This document shows, piece by piece, positions 10,611 through 21,826 of a stretch of 64,000 nt of DNA. The notes below the pieces were generated by a model that worked only from the letters and a program-made list of their open reading frames with translations, searched no databases and was not told the origin of the DNA. The stretch comes from Candidatus Bathyarchaeota archaeon (GTDB lineage: Archaea; Thermoproteota; Bathyarchaeia; TCS64): assembly GCA_963780545.1 (NCBI GenBank), contig CAWACK010000024.1, forward strand, positions 9,589 to 73,588. Reading direction: 5' to 3'. Each line of letters starts with the position of its first letter. The first letter of the stretch is position 1. The position numbers and the translations under genes are program-made.

Positions 10611-11630
10611 TCAGTACAGCAGCTTGCCGTCTTCTACATACTTTTTATCATCGATGATAAGAGTCGGCTTGAAGGATACGACATCGATATGGAGCTTCGC
10701 AACGGTGCCGGGTTCGGAGCGACCGCCTGAGTCTCCCCAAGCGGTGTGAACAGTCCCCTCCGACATCTTAACCTCGTGGTATGGTGGGACCGTAGCAGGG
10801 ATGTTCGGTGCGCCTAGAGCCGAGATGCCCTTGCGGGTGAGTGGGTTGAGGCCCACCGCAAGCTCACACATCTTGTAATGATTAGGGTCATTAAGGGATC
10901 CGAGAATCTTCCAGAACATCTCACCCAGCTCCCCCTCCGACTTGACGAGCACGCCATCCTTAACTGTGAACCTAGCCCTCTTTCCGGGTAACACATCGCT
11001 GCAGACTCCTATCCAATCGACATTCAGGACACCGTTGACATCACCGAAAAAGCCAGTGGACATGCACTCGCACTGACTCCAACCAGCCTTCCCCTCTCCA
11101 GGCCCGAAGCCCCAGAAGTTCTTTGTTGTGCCAGTCAGCTCCTCGCCGTCGGTGATGAGACGGAACCTCTTACCCTCAGACTTGTTGAGCATATCAGCCC
11201 ACCTATGCGACCTATCGATTAGGGCACGAGGATCGTAGTCCCTGATGTGCCAAACAGCCTCGCTTAGAACCGGAGGCCAGCCGAAGAGGAACTGGGTGCC
11301 ACCCGTTGTCGCGTCCTTTAACTCTTGGCAGAAGGCGGGGTCCCAGTCGCAGAACCAATAGATATAGTTAGTAGCCTTAAGAGCAGCAGCTACGGTCTTG
11401 GGGAGTCTGACGCCTCTTCCCAGTGACCAGAGCCCAACGACCTCCTTTGGGGTGTTAATTACCATGACATGTGGCACGGCTCCGATCGCAAGAGCATGGG
11501 TGACGAGGGCGCTGTACCTAGTCGTGTCGGTATCCGCGCTCACACAGATAAGAATCTCATCCCCCGCCTTGACTTTCTTGAATTCCAGGGTCCATTGAGC
11601 AAGTTCGCTGAATAAAGTCTCCCTAAGCAT
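10611..11630 (-). CDS. M29/AmpS-superfamily aminopeptidase-like (or NicX-like) protein
   Basis: ~340 aa; similarity by eye to thermophilic metalloprotease M29 / 2,5-dihydroxypyridine dioxygenase fold; likely start MLRETLF. Confidence 0.45.
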   Translation of the reverse strand: MLRETLFSELAQWTLEFKKVKAGDEILICVSADTDTTRYSALVTHALAIGAVPHVMVINTPKEVVGLWSLGRGVRLPKTVAAALKATNYIYWFCDWDPAFCQELKDATTGGTQFLFGWPPVLSEAVWHIRDYDPRALIDRSHRWADMLNKSEGKRFRLITDGEELTGTTKNFWGFGPGEGKAGWSQCECMSTGFFGDVNGVLNVDWIGVCSDVLPGKRARFTVKDGVLVKSEGELGEMFWKILGSLNDPNHYKMCELAVGLNPLTRKGISALGAPNIPATVPPYHEVKMSEGTVHTAWGDSGGRSEPGTVAKLHIDVVSFKPTLIIDDKKYVEDGKLLY

Positions 11631-11767
11631 TACAACCACAGATAGCTTTCTCGACTTGGTGCCGATATAAGATTTTACAGAAATTAGGATTAGCGTGCGC
11701 ATGCTAAGGTGAATCTATAACTTTTTAAGTGTACGCAAAATCTCACAGCTTGTATAGGTGAAATATT

Positions 11768-12313
11768 ATGCCCTTTTGCACATATTGTGGTAAAGAGGTC
11801 AAAGAAGACGCTGTTTTCTGCCCTTTTTGTGGTCAGAGACTGAAGTCCGAGGTCGTCTACAATCGCCCCTACGGAGAGATGAACGAGAAAGGAGAGAAGA
11901 ATGAGAAGGGAGAGAAAAACGAGAAGGATTCAAGGGGGGAGAAAGCCGAGAAGGGAGAGAAGAACGAGGGTCCGGGTACTAGATGGGGTGCCGTCATGGG
12001 TGGCTTCATCGTCCTGTGGCTTGGCGTAACCTTCCTAGCCCAACAATTCAACATCATAGCTGGCGGCAATTGGTGGAGCTGGTTTTTACTTGGTCTAGGC
12101 GTCATCCTGATTCTACGAGGCCTCATACTTTACGTCGAGGTTGGGAATTTGCACGCTTCAAGCGGGCTGTTGATAGGAGGCACCATAGTCGCTTTGATTG
12201 GCTTTGCCTCATACATTGGCTTAACTGATTGGTGGCCCCTCATCATAATTTTGATTGGAGCATGGATCGTTGTTAGTTCCTTCATGAGCAGGAGCAGGCA
12301 CCCGAGACCCTAG
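11768..12313 (+). CDS. zinc-ribbon membrane protein with (EKGEKN)n repeats
   Basis: CxxC...CxxC at N-terminus; charged tandem repeats 11881-11966; three C-terminal TM helices. Confidence 0.6.
   Translation: MPFCTYCGKEVKEDAVFCPFCGQRLKSEVVYNRPYGEMNEKGEKNEKGEKNEKDSRGEKAEKGEKNEGPGTRWGAVMGGFIVLWLGVTFLAQQFNIIAGGNWWSWFLLGLGVILILRGLILYVEVGNLHASSGLLIGGTIVALIGFASYIGLTDWWPLIIILIGAWIVVSSFMSRSRHPRP
11881..11966. repeat. 15/18-nt coding tandem repeat (EKGEKN units)
   Basis: gagaa(a/g)ggagagaagaa(t/c)gagaag repeats. Confidence 0.6.
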
Positions 12314-12758
12314 AAAACACAGTAAACAAAAACGCCTACTGATACCCATCTGCACGCGCTTGACCTCAACAAGGCGTAAATCTCGATACAAATGTTCCAT
12401 TCTAATAGAAAAGCCTGCTCAGGAACCTAGGCACAATACCGAGCTTACTGGATAGTGTGATGGCAGGAATGCTGATTATCTCATGTGGAATCGGCATCGC
12501 GTTAGCTGAAAGAACGAAGAAGAAAAAGTCCCCCAAAAGGAGAAACACCCCTAAACAGCAAACTGCAAGCCTGGCTGCAACAAGCATTTAATGGGGCATT
12601 CGATCTGCTATATTTGGTGCTGGCACGCGCGCGCGTGCGCAAGGACGTCATACTGTTCATCTCTTGCATGCACAATACCTATCAGGCTGTTAAACGCGAG
12701 ATAAATCGAATCCAAGTAGCCCGCAGGCACACACAAAAAAGGGTATATGGGGTAAAGA

Positions 12759-13532
12759 TTATGCGGGTCCAATAAGGTAGACGATGTTAAGAGTCACCGA
12801 AACACTGATGTTACCCTGCAAAATCGGCGTAGAAGCCACAGCTCCAGATGAAGAAACAGCTGCCTTCAGATAATCAACTTGGGGGTAGTAATAATTCTCA
12901 TTGACGGACTGTATACCTGTAAGAGTTAATCCGAGGCTCTGCGTGATCACCGAAGCCTTAGCCTTCGCATCCGCACATGCAGCCTTGTAAGCACTGAGCT
13001 TCAGATTATTCGCAGCAACATCGCTGAGACCAAAGCTTACGCTATCGACCTTGTTCGCCCCCGCAGCGGAGGCAGCGTCGATGATGGCCCCAACCTTACT
13101 TAGGTCAGATACCTTGACCTGCATCATGTTAGTAACCTGGTAGCTGATCACCATCTTAGCGTCATAGCTATAGTTGGGTGTGACCGTGTAGTAGGCAGTC
13201 GAAACGTTCTCCATCTTCACACCCTGCCCTTCGATCGCGTTGAGTACCGCAGTCATTATCCCTGCGTTTTCATCGATGGCAGCCGAGGCAGTCTTCTCCT
13301 CGGTGTATGCGCCGATGTTAATAACCGCCTGATCTGGCTGGGCGTACACTGTGGCCGTACCTGATAATGATAGGGTTCTTGGATTACTGTCGGTGCTATT
13401 ACTGGGACTTGAGGTCAACATAGTTTGTCCTTGAACCGGTGGAATGTTGTTTGAGTGCATCATAATCGATCCAGCGAAAATTATAGCCATGCAGATGGCT
13501 AGCACTGAGATTGCTCTCTGTTTTCTATCCAT
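12759..13532 (-). CDS. SIMPL-domain (DUF541) secreted protein
   Basis: N-terminal TM/signal segment; SIMPL-like sequence pattern. Confidence 0.7.
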   Translation of the reverse strand: MDRKQRAISVLAICMAIIFAGSIMMHSNNIPPVQGQTMLTSSPSNSTDSNPRTLSLSGTATVYAQPDQAVINIGAYTEEKTASAAIDENAGIMTAVLNAIEGQGVKMENVSTAYYTVTPNYSYDAKMVISYQVTNMMQVKVSDLSKVGAIIDAASAAGANKVDSVSFGLSDVAANNLKLSAYKAACADAKAKASVITQSLGLTLTGIQSVNENYYYPQVDYLKAAVSSSGAVASTPILQGNISVSVTLNIVYLIGPA

Positions 13533-14077
13533 TTTATATCCAGTTAATGCCTGTTGTCTTAGTAGTTAGTCCTATACTTTAGGACAATTGATCTAAAAAT
13601 TAGAACAACACACACTCACGGACATATGCGTGCTCCCTCGCAGCCCTCAACTAAGCAGGCTCGCGCGAGCGGAATAACAATTGCTGCATTAAATATCGCG
13701 TATAAGGATCGATCCAAGTCTTAAGTACCTCTGAATCTATCAAACCTCAATCCTGGTGTAGATGAGATGAATAAAACATCAGCGCTTCGTATCTTCTTCA
13801 TTCTAATTGCCAAAGACGACTTCTCGGCAGCTAACCCAATTGCGTATAAGTCGGCCAGCGTCAACGGCAAGGAGATTGATATGACGGAGATTGACAGGAA
13901 TATTCAAGAGGGGGCGAAGTTACTGATGGAGCTTCAGTACAGGTGCAAATAAGGGTGCGAGCGAACTGATTTTAGAGACGCAAGTATATGCAAAACTGCA
14001 TTGTGACTGGTATATTGATAAATTTCGCGCTAAGAAAATGTTGATATTCAAAGCTGCAGAACCATTATTAAGTCATC

Positions 14078-14584
14078 ATGAGCGGTAAATTGACAAGAAC
14101 CTCCATAGTCTTAGCGGCGGCTCTTACGCTTATAATCGTGGTATCAATCTTTACCTACAACACCTACGCTCAATCCAAAACCAACGGCGTGGAGCAGGCA
14201 AAGATCATCTTAGAGTATACTGAGCTCGTCACGATGCCGAGGACCACAATCAATGCTGACCTTTACTGCGTCAACAGCCTCATAGAACATGGGAACTGGA
14301 CCGGTGTGAAGCTTGGATCCGTGCTTGAAAAGGCTGGGCTAAATCAACAAGTGGAGAACGTGGAGTTCCACGCCAGCGATGGGTACTCGACAACGATACC
14401 TTACTCGGTAGCTATGCGGGCTGATGTGATAATAGCATATGAGAAAGATGGCAGCAAACTGCCGGAGGTGACTCGCTTGGTTATTCCTAATGCGAATGGT
14501 GACGAGTGGATCAGCAAAATCACCCAAATTAAAATTATATTTCCCTCAGGTAACTACTCGTCGATTTATCTGAAGAATAACTAA
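14078..14584 (+). CDS. membrane-anchored protein with molybdopterin-oxidoreductase-like (sulfite oxidase/MsrP-type) domain
   Basis: N-terminal TM helix; CVNS...WTGVKLGSVLEKAGL resembles the Mo-binding domain core. Confidence 0.4.
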   Translation: MSGKLTRTSIVLAAALTLIIVVSIFTYNTYAQSKTNGVEQAKIILEYTELVTMPRTTINADLYCVNSLIEHGNWTGVKLGSVLEKAGLNQQVENVEFHASDGYSTTIPYSVAMRADVIIAYEKDGSKLPEVTRLVIPNANGDEWISKITQIKIIFPSGNYSSIYLKNN

Positions 14585-14734
14585 GACCCAAAGTGCGCGT
14601 GCGAGGGGTTCTATAAGGTTGATTTGCAGGGTGTGCGGGTGAAGTAGAGTCTGTTTTTCTGGAAAAGGTTCAAGGTATCGTAAAATCGAACCCAGCGTTC
14701 AGATATAGGTCCATTAATTCAGCACACACGTAAA

Positions 14735-15292
14735 TTATATTATGTTTATTCGATTCCTGATGGCCTTCGCCAATACTGCTCCAAGAGGAACGGTATAGAG
14801 CGCGATTGTCGCATTAAACAACGCGATGACAGGCAGCAGAGCTATCGTAACGTTGGCAGGCATGCTAAAACCGATGGGAGGTGGGTATGGAAGCACAATC
14901 CAGTTAACGATAGTCATCACGGCAACCCTCAGTACAGAGCCAAAAACAGTGTAAACAGATATGGTTATGGTCTCATTCTTCGAGTGAAGAAGGCTAGTCA
15001 AACCTTTCGCAGCGTAGATGCCGAGAAGCATACTCAAAACAGCAATCATATTATAGATTGGTCCCGTTGGCAGAGCACCGGGGTAGATGACCAGTAAAAT
15101 TAACGTATTCATAGCTGATACGACTAATCCCAGAGAGAACCCATATAGTATGGACACTGTAACAATCGGGATTTCCCAAACTTGGTAGATTAGGAATGGC
15201 GCATATGGTGCAGGGATCTTTATTGGTGAGAGGTTAAGAAAAGCTGTCATGGCGGTGAAAACGATCACGAGGGCAATCTTTTTTGAATTCAA
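14735..15292 (-). CDS. integral membrane protein, ECF-transporter S-component-like
   Basis: 185 aa, 5-6 TM helices. Confidence 0.4.
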   Translation of the reverse strand: MNSKKIALVIVFTAMTAFLNLSPIKIPAPYAPFLIYQVWEIPIVTVSILYGFSLGLVVSAMNTLILLVIYPGALPTGPIYNMIAVLSMLLGIYAAKGLTSLLHSKNETITISVYTVFGSVLRVAVMTIVNWIVLPYPPPIGFSMPANVTIALLPVIALFNATIALYTVPLGAVLAKAIRNRINII

Positions 15293-15392
15293 CCCTCATT
15301 AAAACGGTTAATCACCATTAAAGTGTAACTACTAATAATTGAGTAAACTTCTCTGATATGCTCGGCTTTGACTCCAATTTAAGCACGACGGG

Positions 15393-16376
15393 TCAGATAT
15401 TGAGCATCCGAGCTGGATTCACAGATAAAATCGCCTGCTTCTCCCCGCGGGTCAGGCTCCCCAGGCTGTTGATCCAGTTAACCGAGTCCACCATCTCCAT
15501 CGGGCAGGGGTAGTCGGTCCCGAATACGACCCTATCGATCCCCACAGTATCAATCAGGAACCGAAGAGTAGGTTCGCTGAAGGTTGCACAGTCGTAATAG
15601 AAGCTTCCCACATACTGGCTCGGAGGCTTGGAGATCGACTGGCGTGCATTCTCACTCGAGTACTTCACCATATAGTCCAGCTTCGCCGCCTCCCAGCCCT
15701 TGTCCATTCGGGCAACCCCGAAGGCCACATAGCCACCTCCGTGCAGCAGACAAACCTTCAGCCTAGGGAAGCGATCGATAATCCCCCCCTGCACCAGAGC
15801 ACCGAAGGTGAGGACCCGCTCCACCAAATTGCCCACGGTGTTCTCAAGGAAGTAGCGAGGGATCCGCTGAGCAACAATCGTGCTACCCTGATGGAACTCA
15901 ACAACGGCTCTCAACCGCTCAGCAGCCTCCCAGAAGGGGAGGAACCGCGGGTCGTCTAGGGTGATCCCGTTGATGTGGTCCTTGATGGTTACGCCCTTCA
16001 GACCGAGGTCTACTACTAACCGCTCGAGCTCAATTACCGATGCATCCACGTCCTGCATGGGTAGAATACCCAGGCCCACGAACCTATCGGAGTACTCATC
16101 GACCATAGCCGCTACCTCGTCGTTGCAGATCCTGACTACCGCCTCGGTGAGCTTTGGGTCGCGGTCGTATGTGTTGAAGCCGCCGTAGACGGTGAGCGCC
16201 TGCATATCCACACCGAGCTGGTCCATTTCGGCGATTCGCTCTTCAATTGTCCAGTGGTTTCGGGGGTTCTCAAGCTCGCCGTGATCGGCTGTAAACCCAT
16301 ACCAGTCATGACCAGCTCTCATTGCATCAAGGAATGGACGCGGGTTCACGTGGTTGTGAACATCGATGACCTTCAT
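15393..16376 (-). CDS. amidohydrolase-2 family metal-dependent hydrolase/decarboxylase (ACMSD-like)
   Basis: MKVIDVHNHV start, HxH metal motif, ...GTDYP near C-terminus. Confidence 0.75.
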   Translation of the reverse strand: MKVIDVHNHVNPRPFLDAMRAGHDWYGFTADHGELENPRNHWTIEERIAEMDQLGVDMQALTVYGGFNTYDRDPKLTEAVVRICNDEVAAMVDEYSDRFVGLGILPMQDVDASVIELERLVVDLGLKGVTIKDHINGITLDDPRFLPFWEAAERLRAVVEFHQGSTIVAQRIPRYFLENTVGNLVERVLTFGALVQGGIIDRFPRLKVCLLHGGGYVAFGVARMDKGWEAAKLDYMVKYSSENARQSISKPPSQYVGSFYYDCATFSEPTLRFLIDTVGIDRVVFGTDYPCPMEMVDSVNWINSLGSLTRGEKQAILSVNPARMLNI

Positions 16377-16832
16377 TCGCTTCTCCTCACATAGCCGTCG
16401 AATGCTGTCGACCTATTCACTGAGCCGCATGCACATTAAAACACAACGGTCTGTAGATCAACTAATCACAGTTGAGCGCGCGCTTTGGAAAATCTGGTAG
16501 CTATACTCAAGTTGCGGTATGCTAAATGGAATAAACAAAGGAGCAGTTTGAGAAGATCCTCGCACGCGCATAGAATTCAATGGCGAGTCGCGAATGTGTA
16601 TATTTGTATTCGAAGAATTACAAATGTAAACATCCACAATTAATATATAATTAACTCAACTCCGCCTGGGAATCAACCGATAAGTTGACCTCGGCTCCGA
16701 GTTGGGGAGCCATATAAGTACCAAGAAAATGGAGGGAAAAGGCTGTGAAATGGTTAGCACACTGGGAGATGGACTCTAAAAACTTCGCACGCGCACATAC
16801 GGCGGACTCGTGGAATAATCGCGCGCGCCGAT

Positions 16833-17348
16833 CTATTGGTGCATCCCATCAAGGAACCACTTCGCGAGCGAAACCTCGTTCGTGTTTCCACGTTTTTCAA
16901 CGTGGACGATGCCTCGCTCCGAAAGCGCAGCGACGACCCTATGCGTCTTCAGCCTCGTTAGACCAGATTCCTTCGTGATGAACTTCTGCAGGTATGTACC
17001 TCCGTGGGCATCGAGCACGCCAACTACCTTCCTCTCCTCGGGCTTTAAAGTTCGTAAGACGACGACAGCAACGTCTCTCCCATTACCAGATACGTAGTTC
17101 TTCATCTCTGGGAGCACGAGGAAGTAGATGACCCCCACCATGCTAGCGAGAACGGTGCTTAGAAAGAGCAGGGAGGAAAGCGGTATGATGAAGGGCAAGT
17201 CAGATGGGAATCCGCTAGCCAGAATCCCCTTGAGCACGCTCAGAGGCGACTCAGTGGGAGCAAAGATCAGCGCAAGGATGATCATTGAAACTGCAAGACC
17301 GGAGGTCGCCGTAAGGAGCATTATCAGCAGGACCCTGAGCTTATCCAA
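16833..17348 (-). CDS. membrane-associated winged-helix transcriptional regulator
   Basis: Three N-terminal TM helices followed by a wHTH-like C-terminus. Confidence 0.45.
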   Translation of the reverse strand: MDKLRVLLIMLLTATSGLAVSMIILALIFAPTESPLSVLKGILASGFPSDLPFIIPLSSLLFLSTVLASMVGVIYFLVLPEMKNYVSGNGRDVAVVVLRTLKPEERKVVGVLDAHGGTYLQKFITKESGLTRLKTHRVVAALSERGIVHVEKRGNTNEVSLAKWFLDGMHQ

Positions 17349-17388
17349 CTCATCCGCTTCCTCCTACCCAAGAGCTAATCTCTATCCT

Positions 17389-17856
17389 TCATTTGAGTTC
17401 ACCGGATCGAATTGGTTCGCCCTCAACAGACCCTGCACCTTTCGACGGTCTCCACCTTAGGGTCATTATGCCGCCCACAATACCCAGAATCGCGCCTAAA
17501 ACGAAGCCCCCCGGGCCTAGAAAGCTAAGGACGGAGAAGACCATTATGAGTATGCCCCAAGTCTCCCGCTGACTCGGTTTCACTCGGAGCATCAGCGCCG
17601 ATGTCAGCACTATGACTCCCGATATCAGTCCAAACAAACCCATCACCCCAACTATGCCGGATACCAATCGTGGCATAGCGGCGGCAGCGAGGTGTGGTGG
17701 TGGGCTGAGGTTAGTAAAGTCGAGATATGGAAGGACGAAGGCGGAAACGGCCACAAGTAACATGCCGCCCAACATTATCAGGATACCGCCCACGAGGGCG
17801 ATTATTGAAGCAGTGCTCGGATAACCGGATGACGTCTTTTGTGTCATGTTAACCAC
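17389..17856 (-). CDS. hypothetical integral membrane protein
   Basis: 155 aa, 4 TM helices. Confidence 0.45.
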   Translation of the reverse strand: MVNMTQKTSSGYPSTASIIALVGGILIMLGGMLLVAVSAFVLPYLDFTNLSPPPHLAAAAMPRLVSGIVGVMGLFGLISGVIVLTSALMLRVKPSQRETWGILIMVFSVLSFLGPGGFVLGAILGIVGGIMTLRWRPSKGAGSVEGEPIRSGELK

Positions 17857-18076
17857 AGCTGAAGTATAGATTTGAGCTAAGTAAATAGGTTCGGTGAAAC
17901 AATCTTGATACCGTCTTCCATTTGATTGAAACGAAAATGAAACGCGCGCGCCATTAGATTTTTAGAAAGAACTAACGTATACATATGAAATATTTGAACA
18001 AATTAATCATACGAGTGCGCTGTTCGATCGCATGATGCCAAGACAAATTCAAGTTTCTTGAAAAGTCGCGAGAAAC

Positions 18077-18409
18077 TTGACGCGCGTGCGAGACCCCGAT
18101 TACGATCTGAGTAGCTTCGACGCAATTGTTTTAATGACTCACATCTGGGTGGATAACCCAACCCCAGCGATGAATAGTTTCCTTAGGAAGGTGAACCTAC
18201 AGGAGAAACGCGTAATACTGGGCGTCGTAGGTGCCGGGGATGAAAACCTTAAGGCGGCTGACAAGCTCACAAAGATGATCAAAAGTAAGGGTGGGGTTAA
18301 TGGTGAGGTTGTCTACCTAAAAGGCGCGATCTTGAACCGCGTCGGAGAGCCTCTCTCAGAAAGCCATGTGAATGCTGAGGCTGAGAAGATTACCTCAAAG
18401 CTCTTATAA
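18077..18409 (+). pseudogene. flavodoxin-like protein C-terminal fragment (gene remnant)
   Basis: Reading frame opens at 18062 with only a TTG start. The sequence resembles the C-terminal half of a flavodoxin-fold protein and no N-terminal part is found upstream. Confidence 0.3.
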
Positions 18410-18537
18410 ACTCAATTTACCGCTCTAGAACTTTCAGCTATGCGCGCACACCGATGGAGCCGAGGAGATTATGAGTGAATCGATCAAGCACTTACACGAA
18501 GTTTATCTAAGATGATAACCAGACCTCTTTCAGGTAA

Positions 18538-19083
18538 TTGATCTCGAGTCACCAGGGTAAGCACCTCGGGTTCCTGGCGAACCTAGGAGAATTCAGATTT
18601 AAGATCTGGTTATCAAATAACACCCTAAACTGCCTTAGGGAGATCGGGATCCGGGAGGGGCAAACCATACTAGACATCGGGTGTGGCTCAGGCACCTTCA
18701 CGATTCCATCCACCTCCCTAGTGGGTGAAAAAGGGACAGTCTATGCCCTCGACGTCGATGAGGGAGCTTTAGATAAATTGCGGAGAAAAGCCGATGAAGC
18801 AGGTATAAAGAACGTTAAGATAATCCACTCCTCGGCGAATAATAATTTGAAGCTTGATGATGTCTCCATCGACCAAGTCCTGTTGATGGATGTTCTTCAG
18901 GAGGTGTCTAACAGGGACCTGTTATTCGAGGAGGTTAGGAGAGTTCTCAAAGGCAAGGGATTGGTGACGATATTCCCGATGCACATGGACTATGATGAGG
19001 TTGTTAAGCTGATTGAATCGAAAGGCTTTGAATTACTGAGTAGAAAATTCGATGATCACCTTCTTATATTCAAGAAAAAATGA
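18538..19083 (+). CDS. class I SAM-dependent methyltransferase
   Basis: LDIGCGSG motif I and downstream motifs. Confidence 0.8.
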   Translation: MISSHQGKHLGFLANLGEFRFKIWLSNNTLNCLREIGIREGQTILDIGCGSGTFTIPSTSLVGEKGTVYALDVDEGALDKLRRKADEAGIKNVKIIHSSANNNLKLDDVSIDQVLLMDVLQEVSNRDLLFEEVRRVLKGKGLVTIFPMHMDYDEVVKLIESKGFELLSRKFDDHLLIFKKK

Positions 19084-19379
19084 TTAAATGATTTGTTAAT
19101 TAATGCCCGCACTTCATCATATGCGTAAATTTCCTTGATCTGTTGGATGGGGGGCATTTTGCTAGAAGGTGAAGGGTTACTGTACACTAGGTTGCCATTA
19201 AATTCATTGAAGCGCACGCCGGTATGTCAACAAACTATTATTCTTGATAGTCGCCTTTTTCACCGAATCTTCCATAGCATTAAGGATTTATCCCGTAATT
19301 ATGACTGTTTTACGTGGATTCAACAATAATATTTTTAACAATTTATACTTCCACTCTGCCCCATGAATATTGATAAGAA

Positions 19380-20822
19380 TTGATCAAAGAAACAGCTTGG
19401 AGATGGATAGACGACAACCAGAGTCACCTAAACTCCATCAGCGATGAGATATGGGGATACGCGGAATATGGCCTCTGCGAGGAAAAATCAAGCCGACTAC
19501 TCGCCGAAACCTTAAGGAAAAACGGCTTCCGAGTCCAACAAGGCGTCGCAGGGATGCCCACAGCCATACTAGCCGAGAAAGGACAAGGTACACCCATGGT
19601 AGCTGTCATGGGGGAATACGATGCCCTACCCAACCTAAGTAACAAACCAGTACCTCGGAAAGAACCCCTTATAGTTGGGGGAATGGGTCACGGATGCGGC
19701 CACAACATTCATGGCACAACAGCCCTCGCAGCAGCTATAGCCGCCGGTGAAGCTCTGGAGAAACATGACCTGAAGGGAACTATTCGGTTTTATGGGACGC
19801 CGGCTGAAGAGAACTTCAGCGGGAAGATGATCATGGTCAATCACAGTCTATTCGATGATATAGATGCTGTCTTGAGCCATCACCCAGGAGAACTCAATGT
19901 GGCCAGTCTGGCCAGCAGCAACGTGATAAGCGGCGCACACTTTCACTTCCACGGGAAATCAAGTCACGCAGCTGCGAACCCCGAGGCCGGCAGAAGCGCC
20001 CTCGATGCAGTCGAACTCATGAACGTCGGTGTGAACTATCTCCGCGAACACATCATCCCTGAGGCCAGAATCCACTACGTCATCGAAGCTGGTGGGGGTC
20101 AACCTAACGTAGTTCCTGACTACGCTCGAAGCTACTACTACATAAGGGCCCCCGAGCAAGCCCTTCTTGAACCCATCAAACAGCGGGTGATGAAGATAGC
20201 TGAGGGAGCCGCGCTGATGACTGAGACGAGACTGGAAGCAGACATGAGCTGGGGTGGGTACCATAAGATACCTAACAAGGTTCTTAGCGAAGTCATCACA
20301 GCTAATATGAGGCTAGTCGGTCCACAAAAATATAGTTCGGAGGACTATGAGTTCGCAGCGGAGATCGCTAAGAGCATACCAATCGAAGACAGGGAGACGA
20401 GTCTGAGGAAGGGTAAGGTTCCTAACTGGGAAAAGTACGTGAACCAGGACCTAGTGACGGAGATCTTCGACGCTTGGGATGATGGGACCACGAGCCCCGG
20501 AAGCACAGATGTAGCCGATGTCAGCTGGATAACGCCGACCCTGGAGTTTGTAACTACCTGTAATGTTAATGGCGCTCCCGGTCACAGTTGGCAGTTTACT
20601 GCATGCAGTGGATCAGGCATAGGCCATAAGAGTCTATTATTCGCCTCCAAAGCCATGGCTGGTTCACTCCTTGATTTATTAACGACCCCTAAATTACTGA
20701 GGGATGCGAAGGAGGAATATGTGAAACGGCTTCGGGGTAGAGAGTATAAGCGAGACCCTTCTATTGAGGCGCCGCTCGATGAAGCCAGAGAGTTAGCGAA
20801 GGCCTATGAAGGCAAAAAGTAA
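19380..20822 (+). CDS. M20-family amidohydrolase/peptidase (AbgB/aminobenzoyl-glutamate hydrolase-like)
   Basis: 480 aa with M20 metal-binding HxD...E...H pattern. Confidence 0.8.
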   Translation: MIKETAWRWIDDNQSHLNSISDEIWGYAEYGLCEEKSSRLLAETLRKNGFRVQQGVAGMPTAILAEKGQGTPMVAVMGEYDALPNLSNKPVPRKEPLIVGGMGHGCGHNIHGTTALAAAIAAGEALEKHDLKGTIRFYGTPAEENFSGKMIMVNHSLFDDIDAVLSHHPGELNVASLASSNVISGAHFHFHGKSSHAAANPEAGRSALDAVELMNVGVNYLREHIIPEARIHYVIEAGGGQPNVVPDYARSYYYIRAPEQALLEPIKQRVMKIAEGAALMTETRLEADMSWGGYHKIPNKVLSEVITANMRLVGPQKYSSEDYEFAAEIAKSIPIEDRETSLRKGKVPNWEKYVNQDLVTEIFDAWDDGTTSPGSTDVADVSWITPTLEFVTTCNVNGAPGHSWQFTACSGSGIGHKSLLFASKAMAGSLLDLLTTPKLLRDAKEEYVKRLRGREYKRDPSIEAPLDEARELAKAYEGKK

Positions 20823-21144
20823 ATTCACGTGCGCCTTGATAAACTTAATAATAATCGCCCTCATCATCTTCCTGTCGACTAGGTAGATCTTTAAGACAAA
20901 GCTAAAGTAAGCAGATTAGACGCAGACACACTTTCCCAAGGTTTTAATTAGGTCTGCAAGTATTTGTGCGCGCATCGACTTCTTATCAGTAGAGAAGTTT
21001 TGCTTCGATGTATAGCCGGTACCTCACTCTTCTCCTAGGTGGTATGTCTCTTATTCGTGTGCACACGAAATAACCAGATGCCATTAACCAAATTATTTAC
21101 TTTATGAACACATCAGTAATTCTTATCTGATGCCATGTAGGGTT

Positions 21145-21236
21145 TAGATTTGAAGGGGAGCTGGGAATCATCCCGGCTGAGAGGACGGTAAACGTCGACC
21201 CTTAGAACCTGATCCGGATAATACCGGCGGAGGAAA
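21145..21236 (+). ncRNA. TPP (THI-box) riboswitch
   Basis: ggggagctgggaatcatcccggCTGAGAggacgg...cccttagAACCTGATCCGGATAATACCGGCGgagga matches the THI-box consensus; sits immediately upstream of a ThiW-like gene. Confidence 0.8.
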
Positions 21237-21241
21237 AAAGG

Positions 21242-21826
21242 ATGGAAAACAGATCAAATCCAATTAGCAAGAAATCAGAACTTCTAAACGTTTTGATTAC
21301 CCTATTGAATGAGCCAACCGCAAATGCTGGGTCTAAACAATCTTCCACCAGGAAGCTTGCACTTGCAGCAGTATTAACAGCGCTGAGTGTCGTCTTAGGA
21401 TCACTAAGCATCCCAGTGGGCGTAACTAAGGTTGCCCCATCACAGCACATGATAAACGCGATAGCCGGTGTGTTGCTAGGCCCATGGTATGCTGTGGTGA
21501 TGGCGATCATGACTGCGACAATCCGAGTTAGCCTCGGAGTCGGTACGATATATGCTTACCCTGGTAGCATCTTCGGTGGGTTGATAGTCGGGTTAGTCTA
21601 CAGATACATTAAGAAGACGGACTACGCCGCGTTGATGGAGCCTATTGGAACGGTTGTGATCGGCGCAACGTTAAGCGCGCTCGTGGTCTCACCCCTTATA
21701 GGTGGATCCGCCACACTCGGCTTCTTCTGGCTCGCCTTTGCCGCCAGCTGCATCCCCGGCTCGATACTGGGTTTCCTAATTATCAAATTGCTACGAAGAT
21801 CGGGTGTTGACACGTACTTCGTTTGA
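21242..21826 (+). CDS. thiW: ThiW-like ECF transporter S component (thiamine precursor transporter)
   Basis: ~190-aa 5-6 TM protein directly downstream of the TPP riboswitch. Confidence 0.65.
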   Translation: MENRSNPISKKSELLNVLITLLNEPTANAGSKQSSTRKLALAAVLTALSVVLGSLSIPVGVTKVAPSQHMINAIAGVLLGPWYAVVMAIMTATIRVSLGVGTIYAYPGSIFGGLIVGLVYRYIKKTDYAALMEPIGTVVIGATLSALVVSPLIGGSATLGFFWLAFAASCIPGSILGFLIIKLLRRSGVDTYFV

